Source: Octopus vulgaris
Taxonomy: Eukaryota
DNA length: 64,000 bases
Direction: 5' to 3'
NCBI GenBank assembly: GCA_951406725.2
Contig: OX597823.1
Coordinates: 35,960,001-36,024,000 of the forward strand
Shown: piece by piece, positions 39,730-53,417 of the stretch
Layout of the letters: each line of letters starts with the position of its first letter
Numbering within the stretch: the first letter of the stretch is position 1
Translations under genes and position numbers: made by a program
Notes under the pieces: model-generated
Told to the model about the DNA's origin: nothing
Seen by the model: only the letters and a program-made list of their open reading frames with translations
Databases searched by the model: none

Positions 39730-42700
39730 TTATTTTACATAAACTATACAAGGTTAAACATAGAGGGGACAGCACAAGGACAAACCGGGTTCGGGGACAA
39801 AACTCGAATGATATGGCATGATGTACAGAAAAGTTACAAATGTATGATGATAATATATAATAGAGCGAATGAAAATAAGTAGGCCCTTTCACTCCCAACA
39901 TTGGCGCAACTTTCTTCCATCTCTTTTCATACTTACTTCATGGCAGGCACCTCCTCTCCAGCCCTACTTTCCTTCTAAGGTGGAAGGCAAAGTAGTTTAC
40001 TAAAGTAAAGCCGGAGATGAGGGTGCCTGTAATGATACCTTTCACACATGTCTTCCACACTACCCCTTTCGCTATAGCCACTACAGCTATGAATCAGGCC
40101 CCTGCCCTTCCTTATTTAGGGAAGGCGGTGAAACAATCTTAATTATCGACTCGGTCAACAGTTGTACTCTTCCTAGTTGTGACAGCAGTTGCTCAACATA
40201 AACCCACAGTTCCGAGAGTCTCGGACACTGCACGATTGCGTGTAGAACAGTTTTGCTGTTCTGCTCGCATCATGGGCATGTAGGCGAAACCGAGGCGCCA
40301 TGCCTGGAGAGTTTGTCTCGAACTGGTAAGGCACTTCGGTAAAATTGCCAAGCAAGGGACTTTTGGAAGTTGCCCATAGACCCTGTCCCGAATGTCTTCA
40401 GTACAAGCTGGCAAACTGACTGTCATCGAAGCCCAGAGTTTCCCCCGGACCGTCGTCACACTTGGCCTCTACTAACTGTCTATAGAATACCGAGGTAGAA
40501 CCCCTGCAGCTGGCGTTACTCGCCCGGGAGAGAAGCACGAGTACCTGACGGCACTCCGATTGCCAAGCTCCTAGCCTTGGTCTACGCTTGATCCACGGTT
40601 CCAGTTCACCGAAAAACCTGAACCTGAGAAGCATCGATTTAACGAACAGAGACCACATCCACTCACCGTCCGGTAGAGCCAGAGATGCCTCAGCTTCAGC
40701 GCATGCCAGCGCATTTTTAGCCACAGCATCCCTAACCCACCCTTTAGCGGTTGTTGGCAGCAGATAGAGCGCCTTACCTACCCTCTGTAGGTGCTGGACC
40801 CTGGATACGATGACGGTGTAACTGATCTTCTACACTCTAGATCTCGCGAGACACCACTCATAGTCTCCAATTTCCGCAGTAATGGCTCGAGGGCCAATAC
40901 ATACAGCAGAGGTGAGAGTGGACATCCTTGACGGACCGAGCGCCCGATGCAGAACAGCTCCGAGAAGAAACCGTTCACCTGAATGACCGACTTGATGTTG
41001 CTATATAAAGCGTTGATCCATCTGCGAAAGGTCGGGCCCAAGCCCGGCCGCCGCAAGGAGCGCCGCCAGATACTGATAGTCTACCTTATCGAAGGCTTTA
41101 GAGTGGTCTAAATGGACCAACGCCCCACCCTTGCCAAGAATTCTATTAACCCTCTCTAAGGTATAGCGTATAAGATGAAGATTATCGTGTATAGACCTGC
41201 CGGGGATGGCGCAATTTTGCGCCTCCCCGACAAGTCCACCCACTTTTTGCCAGTACCTTGGCCAAAATCTTCAACTCTGCGTTAAGCAGAGGGATAGGTC
41301 TAAAATAATCAATTACATCCCCTTGTCCTTTCTAAGCTGCACCACAACCCCCTGGCTCACAGACTTAGGAATACACGCGTTCTGCTACCAGTTGGTGTAG
41401 ACGCATGCTAGTAGGTGCTCAAACAAATCTGGCATGCTATAATAAGGTTCATAGGGGAGATTATCTCATCCCGGTGACTTGTCCCCGCCACAGTCCGACA
41501 ATGCCTCCTCCACTTCCTTGGCAGTGATCGGCCCTTCACAGCATTCCGCATCCCACCCCGAGAGACAGACCGGCAAGGAAATCCATGAGGTCCTCCCTTA
41601 TCTCCGGCCCAACGCTGCCCACGAATAGCTGGGCGAAATACTCGTGAAAGACCTTACACATCTTATCGGGTTCGTTTACCGTGCACTTATGTTGGTCTGT
41701 CAAAGACCTTAATATGACATTGTTGCCAAGCTGGGTCTTTAACATACAAGCCCATCCAGAACGTTAATTCCCTCTCGACCCATTGCACGTATCTTTGCTC
41801 TGACAATGCAACCCTTGTGTTTATCTTCGAGCGCTATTCTCGCTGCCAACACTCGGGATGCAGAGCCAGATTTCAATGCTTCCTCTAAAGCCCTTAACTA
41901 AAGTCCTTTCTACACTATTTCTATGCTTAGATAATTCTTTACTAAATCTAATTGACTCACATTTAATGACTCTTTTGAGGGCATATCACCATTTGTTAAT
42001 AATAATGAAATCGGTGAATGCCCTCATTACTAACTGTCTATTCCGGCTCCTGTAGGCTTCACAGGCCAAAAGTAACCTGTTTAGCTTCCATTAACCGGGT
42101 CCCTGTCTGTGCACACTGTCTAGGTCAAGCTTACAGGTCACAAGTTTGTGATCATGCTAGGTGACGATGTGGAACTGTGGACACTTAAGTATATTTTTGT
42201 CCTTAATCTTAACTATCATTCTATCTAAGTATGATCTAGCAGACCCGTTGCTATTTGACCGCGTCCACTGTGGAACACCCGGGTAATCTAGTCTATATCG
42301 ATCTGCTAACTGAAAACTACTGGGCAAATCATTGAGGTATAAGTTTCCCCTCCTATCTAGATTCGAGCCTACGCAATATACGTGTGCATCGTAAATTGCG
42401 TTGATGTTACCTAAAAATACATTTTCTAGGTTTCTGAAAAGGTCAGACTATCTAATCATGCAAGGGGCACAGGCAGCTACCAACCTGAAGGTCTTACCAC
42501 TGCTGTACGTCACTTCAAGGACAACCAGCCTACCCTCTGAGATTAGTCTTGTTTTCAAATCGAGTCCTTCCTGAGTAGAACTGCGACTCCTTCCTCCCAC
42601 ACACACCTCCAGGTTAACATAAAGAAATAACTTTCAATGAGGTATCTTCCTCCTTCTCCGGCACCGTTTTAGCCAGCAGTCGAGGTGCGTTTTGTTTTTC

Positions 42701-42900
42701 TCTTGGTGGGGGGAGGAACAGATGTTTTCACGGTTGGTGGAGGGCATTCCGCTCTTACGTGGCCTCTCAGGCCACACTTGTAGCACCGAAGCTTCCTGCC
42801 CTCCACCGCAACTCTCAACTTGGTGTTTTCCCCCCAACGTAATTATGTCTGTAATCTCTTCAAGATGTCTGAGGTAGCCTGGATTAATATTTCCAGGGTC
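39730..42900 (-). mobile_element. Tx1-clade LINE (ORF1 end, APE endonuclease, RT), degraded
   Basis: CYKCGLRGHVRAEC knuckle; SYLDR...DHKLV; PG*WKLN; QNCAIPGRSIHDNL; LDHSKAFDKVD; SVRQGCPLSPLLYVLALEPLL; 3'UTR and tail at 39730. Confidence 0.88.
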
Positions 42901-42905
42901 ATCAT

Positions 42906-42939
<34 letters not shown>

Positions 42940-44378
42940 GTTTAACGTCCGTTTTCCATGCTAGCATGGGTTGGACGGTTTGACCAGAGTCTGGGAAGCC
43001 AGGAGGTAGCGCCAGGCTCCAGTCTGATCTGGCAGTGTTTCTACAACTGGATGCCCGTCCTAACGCCAACCATTCCGTGAGTGTAGTGGGTGATTTTTAC
43101 ATGCCACCGGCACAGGGGCCACAGGAGGCTGGCAAACGGCCACGATCGGTTGGTACTTTTTACGTGTCATCGACACGGACGCCAGTCAGGCGGCGCTGGC
43201 ATCAGCCACGTTTGGATGGTGCTTTTTACGTACCACCGTCACGGGTATCACAACTACAATTTTCATTTGATTTTTATTTTGATGTTGGTGTTGATGTACT
43301 TGACTCAATAAGTTTCCTCAAGAACAGTGGGTCACTCTACGATCCAAAGTTAGCACAGCTGGCCGTCTTGCGAGCCATGAACTCACTTCATTTGTCGGGT
43401 CTTCGAAGTTACAGCATATCTCCAGAGGTCTCGGTCTTTCGTCATAGCCTCTATGAAGCTCAACGTACGAAGGTTATGCTTGACCACCTCGTCCCATGTC
43501 TTCCTGGGTCTACCTCTACCCCGGATTCCTTCAACAGTTTGGGAGTGGCACGTCTTCACACATCTCTCCTCATCCATCTGTAGTACATGACCATACCAAC
43601 GCAGTCGTCTCTCCTGCACGGTGCATCTGATGCTTCTTATGTCCAACATTTCTCTCAGGGTGCTTACACTCTGTTGTGCATGGCCACTGACATTACACAT
43701 CCAACGGATCATGCTAGCTTCATTTCTTTTGAGCCTACACATATCCTCCGCAGTCACAGCCCATGTTTCACTGCTGTGAAGCATGGCAGTTTGTACACAT
43801 GCATTGTACAATCTACCTTTCACTCTGAGTGAGAGACCCTTTATCGCCAGTAGGGGAAGAAGCTTTCTAAACTTTACCCAGGCTATTCTTATTCTAGTGG
43901 TAACACTTTCTGAGCATCCACCCCCACTACTAACTTGGTCACCTAGGTAGCGGAAACTATCAACTACTTCTAGTTTCTCCCCCAGGAGTGTAATGGAATC
44001 TGTTTTCTGAGTATCAGTGGTGTCTATTGCCCCTGTGCATCTGCCGCACATGAAAGCTATCTTCTCGGTTAATTTTCCTTTGATGTTGCTGCACCTCTTA
44101 TGTGTCCATAGCTTACACTGGGTACATCTTATGGAGTTTCTACCTACACCATTTCTGCAGATCGAGCAGGGCCACCTACCTGAAGGGGCGTGTAGTGAGT
44201 TTGCCTTCTTGCTTACTACAATTTTGGTCTTTGCCACATTGACTCTAAGGCCTTCTGATTCTAAACCTAGCTTCCACACACGAAATTTCTTCTCTAGTTC
44301 TAGTAGTGATTCTGCTACGAGGGCTAGGTCATCAGCATAGAGGAGCTCCCAGGGGCAACCTGTCTTGAATTCCTCTGT

Positions 44379-44380
<2 letters not shown>
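42901..44380 (-). mobile_element. 5'-truncated RTE-clade LINE with (GAT)n tail
   Basis: ELLYADDLALV, a Cys-rich insertion WPCSICRNGVGRNSIRCTQCKLWTHKRC, FRYLGD, MLHSSETWA, RRLRWYGHV, RGRGRPRKTW. Confidence 0.9.
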
Positions 44381-44471
<91 letters not shown>

Positions 44472-44860
44472 ATGTGTGTGAGAGTCTTTGTGACTGTGTT
44501 TGTCTCCCATACCACCTGACAACCATTGCTGGTGTGTTTACACCCCTGTAACTTAGCAGTTTGGCAAAAGAAAATAAGTACCATGCTTAAAAATATGTCC
44601 AGGTGTTGATTTGTTCAACTAAAACCCTTCATGTTGGCACTCCAGCATGGTCGCAATCAACTGACTGAAACAAGTAAAAGAATATATATGTTCTTTTATT
44701 CTTTTGTTCTTTTACTTGTTTCAATCATTTGACCGCAGCCATGCTGGAGCACCACCTTGAAGGGGTTTTTTTTAGTCAAACAAATTCACCCCTAGGACTT
44801 ATTTTTTAAGGTTAGTACTTATTCTGTTGGTCCCTTATGCTGAACCACCAACTTATGGTG

Positions 44861-45120
44861 ATATAAACATGTATATATATATATGTTTATGGTGACATAA
44901 ACATACCAACAACAGTTATCAAATGGTGATGGAGGGACAAATGCAGACACAAAAACACACATACATAGATAAATATACATATATATATATATATATATAT
45001 AAATATGTATGTATATTTATCTATGTATGTGTGTTTTTGTGTCTGCATTTGTCCCTCCATCACCATTTGATAACTGTTGTTGGTATGTTTATGTCACCAT
45101 AAACATATATATATATACAT

Positions 45121-45128
<8 letters not shown>
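44861..45128. repeat. Near-perfect palindrome (~120-bp arms) formed from a SINE tail
   Basis: Left arm 44861-44981 is the reverse complement of 45008-45128, separated by a TA-rich loop. Confidence 0.9.
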
Positions 45129-45154
<26 letters not shown>

Positions 45155-45159
<5 letters not shown>

Positions 45160-45613
45160 AGATAAGAAAATGGAGAAATACATCTAAATCAAATATCAAC
45201 TACCAGATAATACTCAATCACATACTTTATTAAACCACCACATAAGAGACTGTAGGGTTAAACATAAAAAAGCAGAACAAATCAGTGTACATAAAGGAAT
45301 GTACATAAAAAAGTGTACATAAAAGAGTAATGTTGTATGATAAGTAGAATATTTATAAAAGAGAATATAAATATAAGTAAATATAAATATAAGTATAGAT
45401 TATATTCTCTTTTATATATATTCTACTTATTATACAACATTACTCTTTTATGTACACTTTTTATGTACATTCCTTTATGTACACTGATTTGTTCTGCTTT
45501 TTATATTTAACCCTACAGTCTCTTATGTGGTGGTTTAATAAAGTATGTGATTGAGTATTATCTGGTAGTTGATATTTGATTTAGATGTATTTCTCCATTT
45601 TCTTATCTTGTAT
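45155..45613. repeat. Near-perfect palindrome (~215-bp arms, ~30-nt loop)
   Basis: TACAAGATAAGAAAATGGAGAAATACATC... / ...GATGTATTTCTCCATTTTCTTATCTTGTA; about three mismatches by eye. Confidence 0.92.
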
Positions 45614-46180
45614 TAGTAATTTGTGGTAAATCATTTTACCTTTGCCCATATAATACAGTAAATGAATTGATTGCATCGCAATCATTAACATTTATGTATT
45701 AACTTTGTTGGGTACTTCACTAGCAGTATATTGGATATATGTTATCCCATGGAGGGTTGCATTTACAACCCCTATCTCAATTTGTATATATATATATATT
45801 TATGCATCAGGGTGTGCTTCTTTTTTGGATATATGATACCCTGATACCCAGACAATATATATATATATATATATACACGATAGGCTTCTTTCAGTTTCCA
45901 TCTGTGAAATCCACTCACAGAGCTTTGGTTGGCCCATGGCTATAGTAGAAGACACTTACCCATGGTGCCACACAGTGGAGCAGAACCTGGAACCATGAAG
46001 TTTGGAAGCAAGCTTCTTACCACACAGCCACTCCTGTGCTTATATATATATATTGCTTGTATATATATATGCTTGTGTATACATATAAGTACATGTGTGT
46101 TTTATGTGCATGAGTACATATTCATAAATGCACGTGTATGTGTGCATACATATTATTTTCTTTCTCATTCTATTTACTAG

Positions 46181-46235
46181 ATTTATTTCTCTCGGAGGAA
46201 AAGTCAAAAGCAAGAGACTAGTAGCTCTGTCAGAG
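46181..46235 (+). CDS. DAO: DAO/DDO family coding exon 5
   Basis: Pyrimidine tract+TAG; FISLGGKVKSKRLVALSE; GTAAGT donor; 55 nt, phase 2 to 0. Confidence 0.88.
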
Positions 46236-47168
46236 GTAAGTGGTAATAATAAGATGAGGAGGAGAATGATAATGATGATGATGATGATATTTCATGTTTG
46301 ATAGCTATACTATCCCACAGAATACAGTAGAATACAGTATATCCACTGTTAGCCATTACTGCATAGATCATCATTGTCACCATTATCATCATCATACTCA
46401 TCAATATCATCACCACCATTATCATCATCAGGTTGACCCTGCTCAAATTCATATGACTCTGATCATCCTATCAGCTCAGTCTTCCATGTGTGACAGTTCC
46501 TCTTCGTAACACCTAATGACAATGTCTGTTAACCGAACAATAAACAAATACTTACTTCTTCACAAGTTAGAGCCATGTTGACATACCCAAAGTGTAACAT
46601 CACTAACCTTTTTTCTTCTCCCCTATTGTCCAACAAAAAACATAGAATCTTCTTTCTCTGGATAGGTGTTGGGTATTTTAGTGGGCTTATTGAAGAAACT
46701 TTCTCTGGTTGAGTGTTCTTTCCAAGACATGGTTGAAGCATGCACAATAGGTGCATGCTTCCAATGTCAAAAGTCTTTTGATTGGTGTCCATGTGGAAGA
46801 GGCTCTTGTAAAAACATAGGTACATGTTAAGCTACATATCAACAAAGCTCAGACAGAACATTAATGTCAGCATAAAATAGAACTCTAAACTGTCAGAGAT
46901 TTTAAACAGAAATTATTTTTGCGTTGTGACTTGGCTGTTTGTATAAACACATGGAAGCATCTTTTCTTTATGAACAGAAAAAGAAGGATCTACAAAGTTC
47001 AGACACTGTTTATTGAAGGATTAAATAAATCAGATAAACTAGTTTAGTTAGTTCAATTAATAAATTACTAGTATGTTAATAGAATGTTGTCTCAATTCTA
47101 CTCTGACATATAGAATAGTATATAGAATAATGTATATATATGTGTGTGTGTGTTTGTATGTATGTATG

Positions 47169-47216
<48 letters not shown>

Positions 47217-48181
47217 TACAGAGGGGTAGAAAGTAGATAGATAAATGGATGGATGGATGAATTTGGGTTGGTGGGTGGGTTTTAAGCAACACTGTGTGCA
47301 TGTAAACATCTTATTTTTATACACAATATCTTTGTAGACAGAAAAAGAGGGATGTCTGGACTAGCTTTAATTCAGTACTAGTTTTAATTCAGCATCTAGG
47401 TACACTCTTTATCTATCCACAGATACATAACTGCACTATTCCTAAGGAATAATTGAACTGAATTAACCAATTTGCACATCTAATGCATTCTTGGCAATTA
47501 GTTCCTGCCAAATCTTTACTCAGATTGCAGGGTATTGGATGGAACTAAAAGGATTCAGGAGCAACAGGCTTCTTCACAGTTGTTTTGTTTAATTCACTAA
47601 ATGTGCTTGTTTTATTCTATTTGCTTTATCAGGGGTGGATAGTATCAATAAAGTCTGGAAGAAATAGAGGCACTGTGATGCTGAAGGATTGACATGCCAG
47701 TAGGTAATCATACAGGTAGGCAGAAACATAGATAGATAAACAGACAAATAGAAAAACAGACAGATTGACAGAGAAAAAAAACATACATGATATGAAAACA
47801 AAAACAAGTGAAACCTGCAAGATATATGAAAATAAGAAATAATATTCCGGAAAATAACGGAAATAAACCTGAAAAACAATCCATATAGAAGTAAAAATGC
47901 ACAAAAAGAAATAATAAGGAAAGAATCTATCTAGAAAAGGTTTCAAAAAAAGACAAAGGAAAACGAAGAAACACGTTCTTTAGAACATGCAAGGGAGAAT
48001 ATAAATATCTAATTCGGAACAAATAAAATGCATAAAACAAGGTAGATTACTGAAATTAGACAATACTGTAGTTACTTCCCTTACAAACATGCTCGCTATG
48101 ACGTTTTTTTTTTTTTAACTTTGATTTACATGAAAGACATATTTGTATGCAGCTTTTTCTTGTCTAATATTTTTCTTTCAG

Positions 48182-48283
48182 GTGATGTCTGACTTTGATA
48201 TCGTAGTTAACTGCTGTGGTTTGGGAAATTATCAGTTGAATAATGATCGAAAGATGACACCGATTCGAGGTCAAGTCATTAGG
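48182..48283 (+). CDS. DAO: DAO/DDO family coding exon 6
   Basis: TTTCTTTCAG acceptor; VMSDFDIVVNCCGLGNYQLNNDRKMTPIRGQVIR (DxVVNCxGLG and PxRGQ motifs); GTAAAT donor; 102 nt. Confidence 0.95.
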
Positions 48284-48372
48284 GTAAATATTGATATATA
48301 ACAAACATCTTACTGAAACAATGCATAGCGTATATATGTTTATCCACATGTTAATATATATATACATATACA

Positions 48373-48432
<60 letters not shown>

Positions 48433-49172
48433 CGTACGTGCGTGCATGTATGTATACATACATACATAGGCGCAATGTGGCTGTGTGGTAAAAAGTTGCT
48501 TCCCAACCACATGGTTCTGGGTTCAGTCTCACTGCATGGCAGTTTAGGTAAGTGTCCTTTTCTATAGCCTTGGGCCAACCAATGCCTTGTGAGTGGATTT
48601 GGAAGATAGAAACTGAAAGAAGACCATTGTGTGTGTGTGTGTGTGTGCATTTCTGTGTCTTTATGTCTGATATGGGTACATGATAACACTTCCAATCAGT
48701 TAAGAGCAGAAGCCACGAGAGCCACTACCTGGTACTGCATCAGGGCATTTATTATCATCATCATCATCATCATCATCATTATTATTATTATTATTGAGTG
48801 AGAGAGCAGTGCATGCCATCAAAGTGACACTGGGTAAAATATACGAAGCCCAGTATACCCATCATGACTACCCATCTGATAAGGGTACACCGGCACATGC
48901 ATCACAACCATATGTGTGCTACATGGGGATCTCATATCAAGATAAACAGTACATGACTTTGCAGGTGGAGCCCAATTAGAATTTTCTTCACATCAAGTAG
49001 CTCATCCCACTCAAGTCCTTGAATGAGGATTAATAGTTGGTCTTTGCATCCTTCTTGTTGTTGTTGTTATTGTTGTTGTTGTTGTTGTTGTTACTGCTGC
49101 TGGTGGTGGTGGTGCTGCTGCTGCTGCTGTTGTTGTTGTTGTTGTCGTCATCATTATTATCATTATCAACAG

Positions 49173-49243
49173 GTAAATGCACCATGGATAAAACACTTTT
49201 ACTTCAGTGATGAGGCTACTAAACCATTATATATTTTTCCTAC
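49173..49243 (+). CDS. DAO: DAO/DDO family coding exon 7
   Basis: CAG acceptor after a trinucleotide repeat; VNAPWIKHFYFSDEATKPLYIFP(T) (APW.KHF...YIxP motif); GTAAGT donor; 71 nt, phase 0 to 2. Confidence 0.92.
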
Positions 49244-50331
49244 GTAAGTTAATTTGTTATCCTTTTTCTCTTTTTCTTTTCTGTTTTCTCTCTTTTTATA
49301 CATTCAAGTATAATTATAAAATAATATAGAGTTCACCTGCTCAGCAGATGAGCACATTTCTTTCAAAATCAAGGAGACCATCTTTGAACATCTATTAACC
49401 CTTTTGTTTTTGAACCACAGAAGACTGCCTTCGATTTTATGGTACACACCTCCTGTTTGAAAGTGATTTACATTAAAACTTCCTATCAAAATTTCACAAT
49501 TATTTATGTTCCTGATATCAGCCTAATAATGACAAAATTATTTTACTATATTCTTCATTAATTTTCAAGTTAATAGAAAGAAAAACAGCATTGTTCAACA
49601 TAAATATGGTAACAAAAGTGTTAAAATCCTACAGTTTCTTTACCCAGATTATATAGAACATGTGTACCAATAATCATTGTTGCATCTTGTTATAGTACCA
49701 TGTGTTTAAATAATAGCCGGGAAAATTTAGAGTTTTCAGGTAAAGAAAAAACCTCTTCTGACACACTCTACATGTTCATGTGTAAATATAACAATGAAAA
49801 TATATAAGAATTCCCTAATTTTCAGCATATGACTTGTTATTATTGTTTCATCTAAATTCCAGTGATTGAATTTTATTTCTAAGTTATAACAGAGCCCCTT
49901 TTATTATTGGAAGAATTTAAAGAATTTAAACACAAGAAAACATATTTCCATAAATCCTTAACGAATTTAAACATAAGAAAACATTTTTCCATAAATTCTT
50001 TAAAGTGAACAGAGTATTACAAGAGATTTTTAAATGACTGCAGTTAGAGAATTCCTTGTGGAAGACAACTTATTTTTACAGTATCTTGAATTCTGGAAAC
50101 AATAATGCCATTACTTTCAGAGTTTCTAATAAGTCTTCTTACTGGTTCACTGCTTCTTTCAGAGCAACTTTGACAAAGAAGTGTCCGCTGGAAATAAGCC
50201 ACACAGTGTTTTCATCTGAATGCTCCAGTTTATCAGTTTTCTCATTGTTGTCTATATCTTTCATTGATATATGCAGAAAGACACACATACACAGATACAT
50301 ACATACATACATACATACATACATACATACA

Positions 50332-50362
<31 letters not shown>

Positions 50363-50405
50363 GTATATGTATGTACATGCACATGCGTGTGTGTGTGTGT
50401 GTGTG

Positions 50406-51340
50406 ACTTCATTCATATAGCTGAATCACTACCAGAACTAGGGAAGAAATTTCAGGTGTGGAAGCAAGGTCTAGAATCAAAGGGCCTTAAAGTTAATTTA
50501 GCAAAAACCAAAGTTTTAATAAGTAGGAAAGAGGACAAATCACAGATCTCTTCAGGTAGATAGCCCTGCTCGATATATGGAAAAGGTGTAGGTAGAAACT
50601 CCATAAGATGTACCTGGTGCAAGCTATAGACACACAAGTGGTGCAACAACATCAGAGGAAGGTTAACAGGTACAATAAACACTAGAAATGTACAAAAAAT
50701 AGACTCCATCAAATGCCAGTGGGGATATCTCGAAGTAGTTCATAGCTTCCATTATATAGGTGACCAAGTCAGCAGCAAAGGTGGATGCTCAGAGTAAAAG
50801 GTAGATTGTACAATGTCTGTGTGCAAACAGCCATGTTACATGACAGTGAAACATGGGTTGTGACTGCTGAGGATATGCGTAGCCTTGAAAGAAATGAAGC
50901 TGGTATGCTTTGCTGGATGTGCATTGTCAGTGTGCATGTATGACAATGTGAGTGTCTTGAGAGAAAAGTTGGGCATAAGAGGCATCAGATGTGGTGTGCA
51001 AGAGAGACGACTGTGCTGGGTATGGCCATGTGATACCTATGGGTGATGACAGCTGTGTAAAGAAATGCCAATCTCTAACTGGGGAAGGAACCTGTGGAAG
51101 AAGTAGACCCAGGAAGATATGGAATGAGGTTGTGAAGCATGATCTTTAAATGTTGGGCTTCACAGAGATGATGACAAGTGACCGAGACCTTTAGTGATAT
51201 GCTGTGCTTGAACCAAGTGAAATCATAATTGTAGCCAATGCCAGCGTCACTTAACTGACACTCATGCTGGTGGCACATAAAAGCACCCATTACACTCTAG
51301 GAGTGGTTGGCGTAAGGAAGGGCATCCAGTCATTGAACAT
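50406..51340 (+). mobile_element. RTE LINE 3' part, same family as 42901-44380, opposite orientation
   Basis: AESLPELGKKFQVWKQGLESKGLKVNLAKTK...GVGRNSIRC..., through to the 3'UTR. Confidence 0.88.
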
Positions 51341-52254
51341 GGTGCAGCTCTCCAGCTTTGGAGACATGGGGGAGCAGATAACCGAAGGATGAGGGAAGGT
51401 AACTGGGGAAGGGGAAGGTAACTGAGGATGGATGAAGATATCTGAGGAGTAAAAGTAACTAAGAAAACCAGTGGGCGTAGTATGTGCCCATTCTGTTCTC
51501 CAATGATAGAAGACATGATGGGTGCTAGGGTTTGAAGTGTGGGTGGGAGAAGGTTGACAGGGCAGAGCCCCTCATGGGCATGCATTACCAAGATGACTTT
51601 ACGATATCGATTCTGTTGTGCAGGGTAGGTCATCTTGTGCAGGGTAGGTCATCAGGGTAGGTGCCAGATACCTTAGTCCTTTGTAAGGCTCAGCGTTTTG
51701 AGATCAGCCTTCAATACTTCGTCTCCATGTACCTGAATGTCCTTTTCATTGCCAACCACTTTACAGAATATAATTGGGTGCTTTTTATCATAACACCAGC
51801 ACTAGTGAGGTTGCCTTTGACCCAGCATGACAAAAGAGTCTTCAGGACTACATTGTCTCTGTTTGTTCAGGGCAATGTGACAAATTGAATAGGTAGAAGC
51901 AAGTGTGATCACAGAAAAGTAAAAGGGAGAAAGAAGTGAAAATGTGATGGGGGAAACAGAGTGATTAGAGTGACAGTGTGGAAGAAGATAGATATATAGG
52001 AGTGACACTGTTAGGCGGAGTAACAGAAGAGAAACAATAATGGCGGGGTTATGAGAAGATTCAACACCTGTAGCTGATAAAGTATATTGATACATAAATA
52101 TGTATGCTATTGTCTGAGAGTAAGAAAAGTGTGTATCTTAGTGTGAAAACAGCAAAGTGTATTTCACTCATTTTGTCTATACAAAGAATTTTCACCGAGA
52201 GTTACCACTGGGAAGGCTTTTCTGCATCTGAGTGTACATGAATGTGAAGCTATA

Positions 52255-53165
52255 TCCCCTTCTATTTCATTAAAGGCTTCGAGTAATATGTCTCTAAATC
52301 TCTGTCCATTCACAGAATCTTTAAGCTTCCAGACCCTTCTCCTCCATGCTGGTCATCTGGGCATCCACTTAGCCCTGATCCTGAAGTCACTAACTACCAG
52401 CCTATGTTGTGGGGTACATTCTTCTCCTGGGAAGGTTTTGGCATTTATAAGCAGCCACCTTTCCCTTTTTCTGGCGAGGATGTAGTCAATTTGGCTAGTG
52501 TGTCTGCCAGAACAGTAGGTGACTAGGTGATTGGCAGGTTTCCTGAAGTTAGTATTGCAAACCATAAGATCATTTGCATCACAGAACTCCAGCAGCCTGG
52601 TTCCTTCCTCATTGCAGGAACCAAAGCCGTAGCCTCTATGTACGCCATGGAAGCCCCCTGTATTTTGTCCAACATGTCCATTGAAGTCACCAGCCACAAA
52701 GAGAAGGTCCCTGTCATTCGTCAACAAGGTAGTCTGCAAGAGGGTGTCATAAAATCAGTCTTTCTGTCCATTGGGTAGCTGAGGGGCATAGGCCAAGATA
52801 ATTGTTGCTAACCCATGATGAAGCACTAATCTAATCTTAAGTATTCTGTGACATACTCTGACTATCTCGATTACCTTATCCACCCATTTCTCCACAAGAA
52901 GTACACCCACGCCCCGACCCTGTCAGTGTTCCCTGCCCAGAAAAATCTTGTACCTGCGTTCTTTGCCTGTGAGGAACCTAGTGGAACCTCCTCTCCACCT
53001 TACTTCTTGGAGGCAGCACATATCAACACATCTCCATTCAGGCATCTCAACAATCTCACCAGACCTATCTTTCAGTGTGCCGACATTGAAAGTGCCAACC
53101 CTGAGGTGTGGGAGGTATGGGCCCGTGAGACCCTGGGACGGGGGACAGCAACGTCATGTACCTGA
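52255..53165 (-). mobile_element. RTE LINE APE-endonuclease fragment
   Basis: VGTFNVGTL, AGDFNGHVG, NEEGTRLLEFC, SQIDYIL, QHRLVVSDF. Confidence 0.88.
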
Positions 53166-53417
53166 AAAGAAAGCTCACATTGGCAAAAACACACCTTTAG
53201 TTCATATAAGTAATCTCTATTATTATATATAATTTAAACATTAATTTTCTTTTTATATTTAACATTCACTAAAAAAGTAGCCCTCCTCTTTCTATAGGCT
53301 ACTTCTGATATTATATCATATAACGTTTTTTCAAACAATATTAATAGCGTTCAGTAAATCACTATACATATCCATCATTTTCTGTTAAAATGTCTTATTG
53401 ATGAGTTTCATTTCTTC

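Noticed and set aside
49023-49172. Poly-Cys/Trp metallothionein-like ORF
   Set aside because: It is an intronic trinucleotide repeat fused in frame to DAO exon 7.
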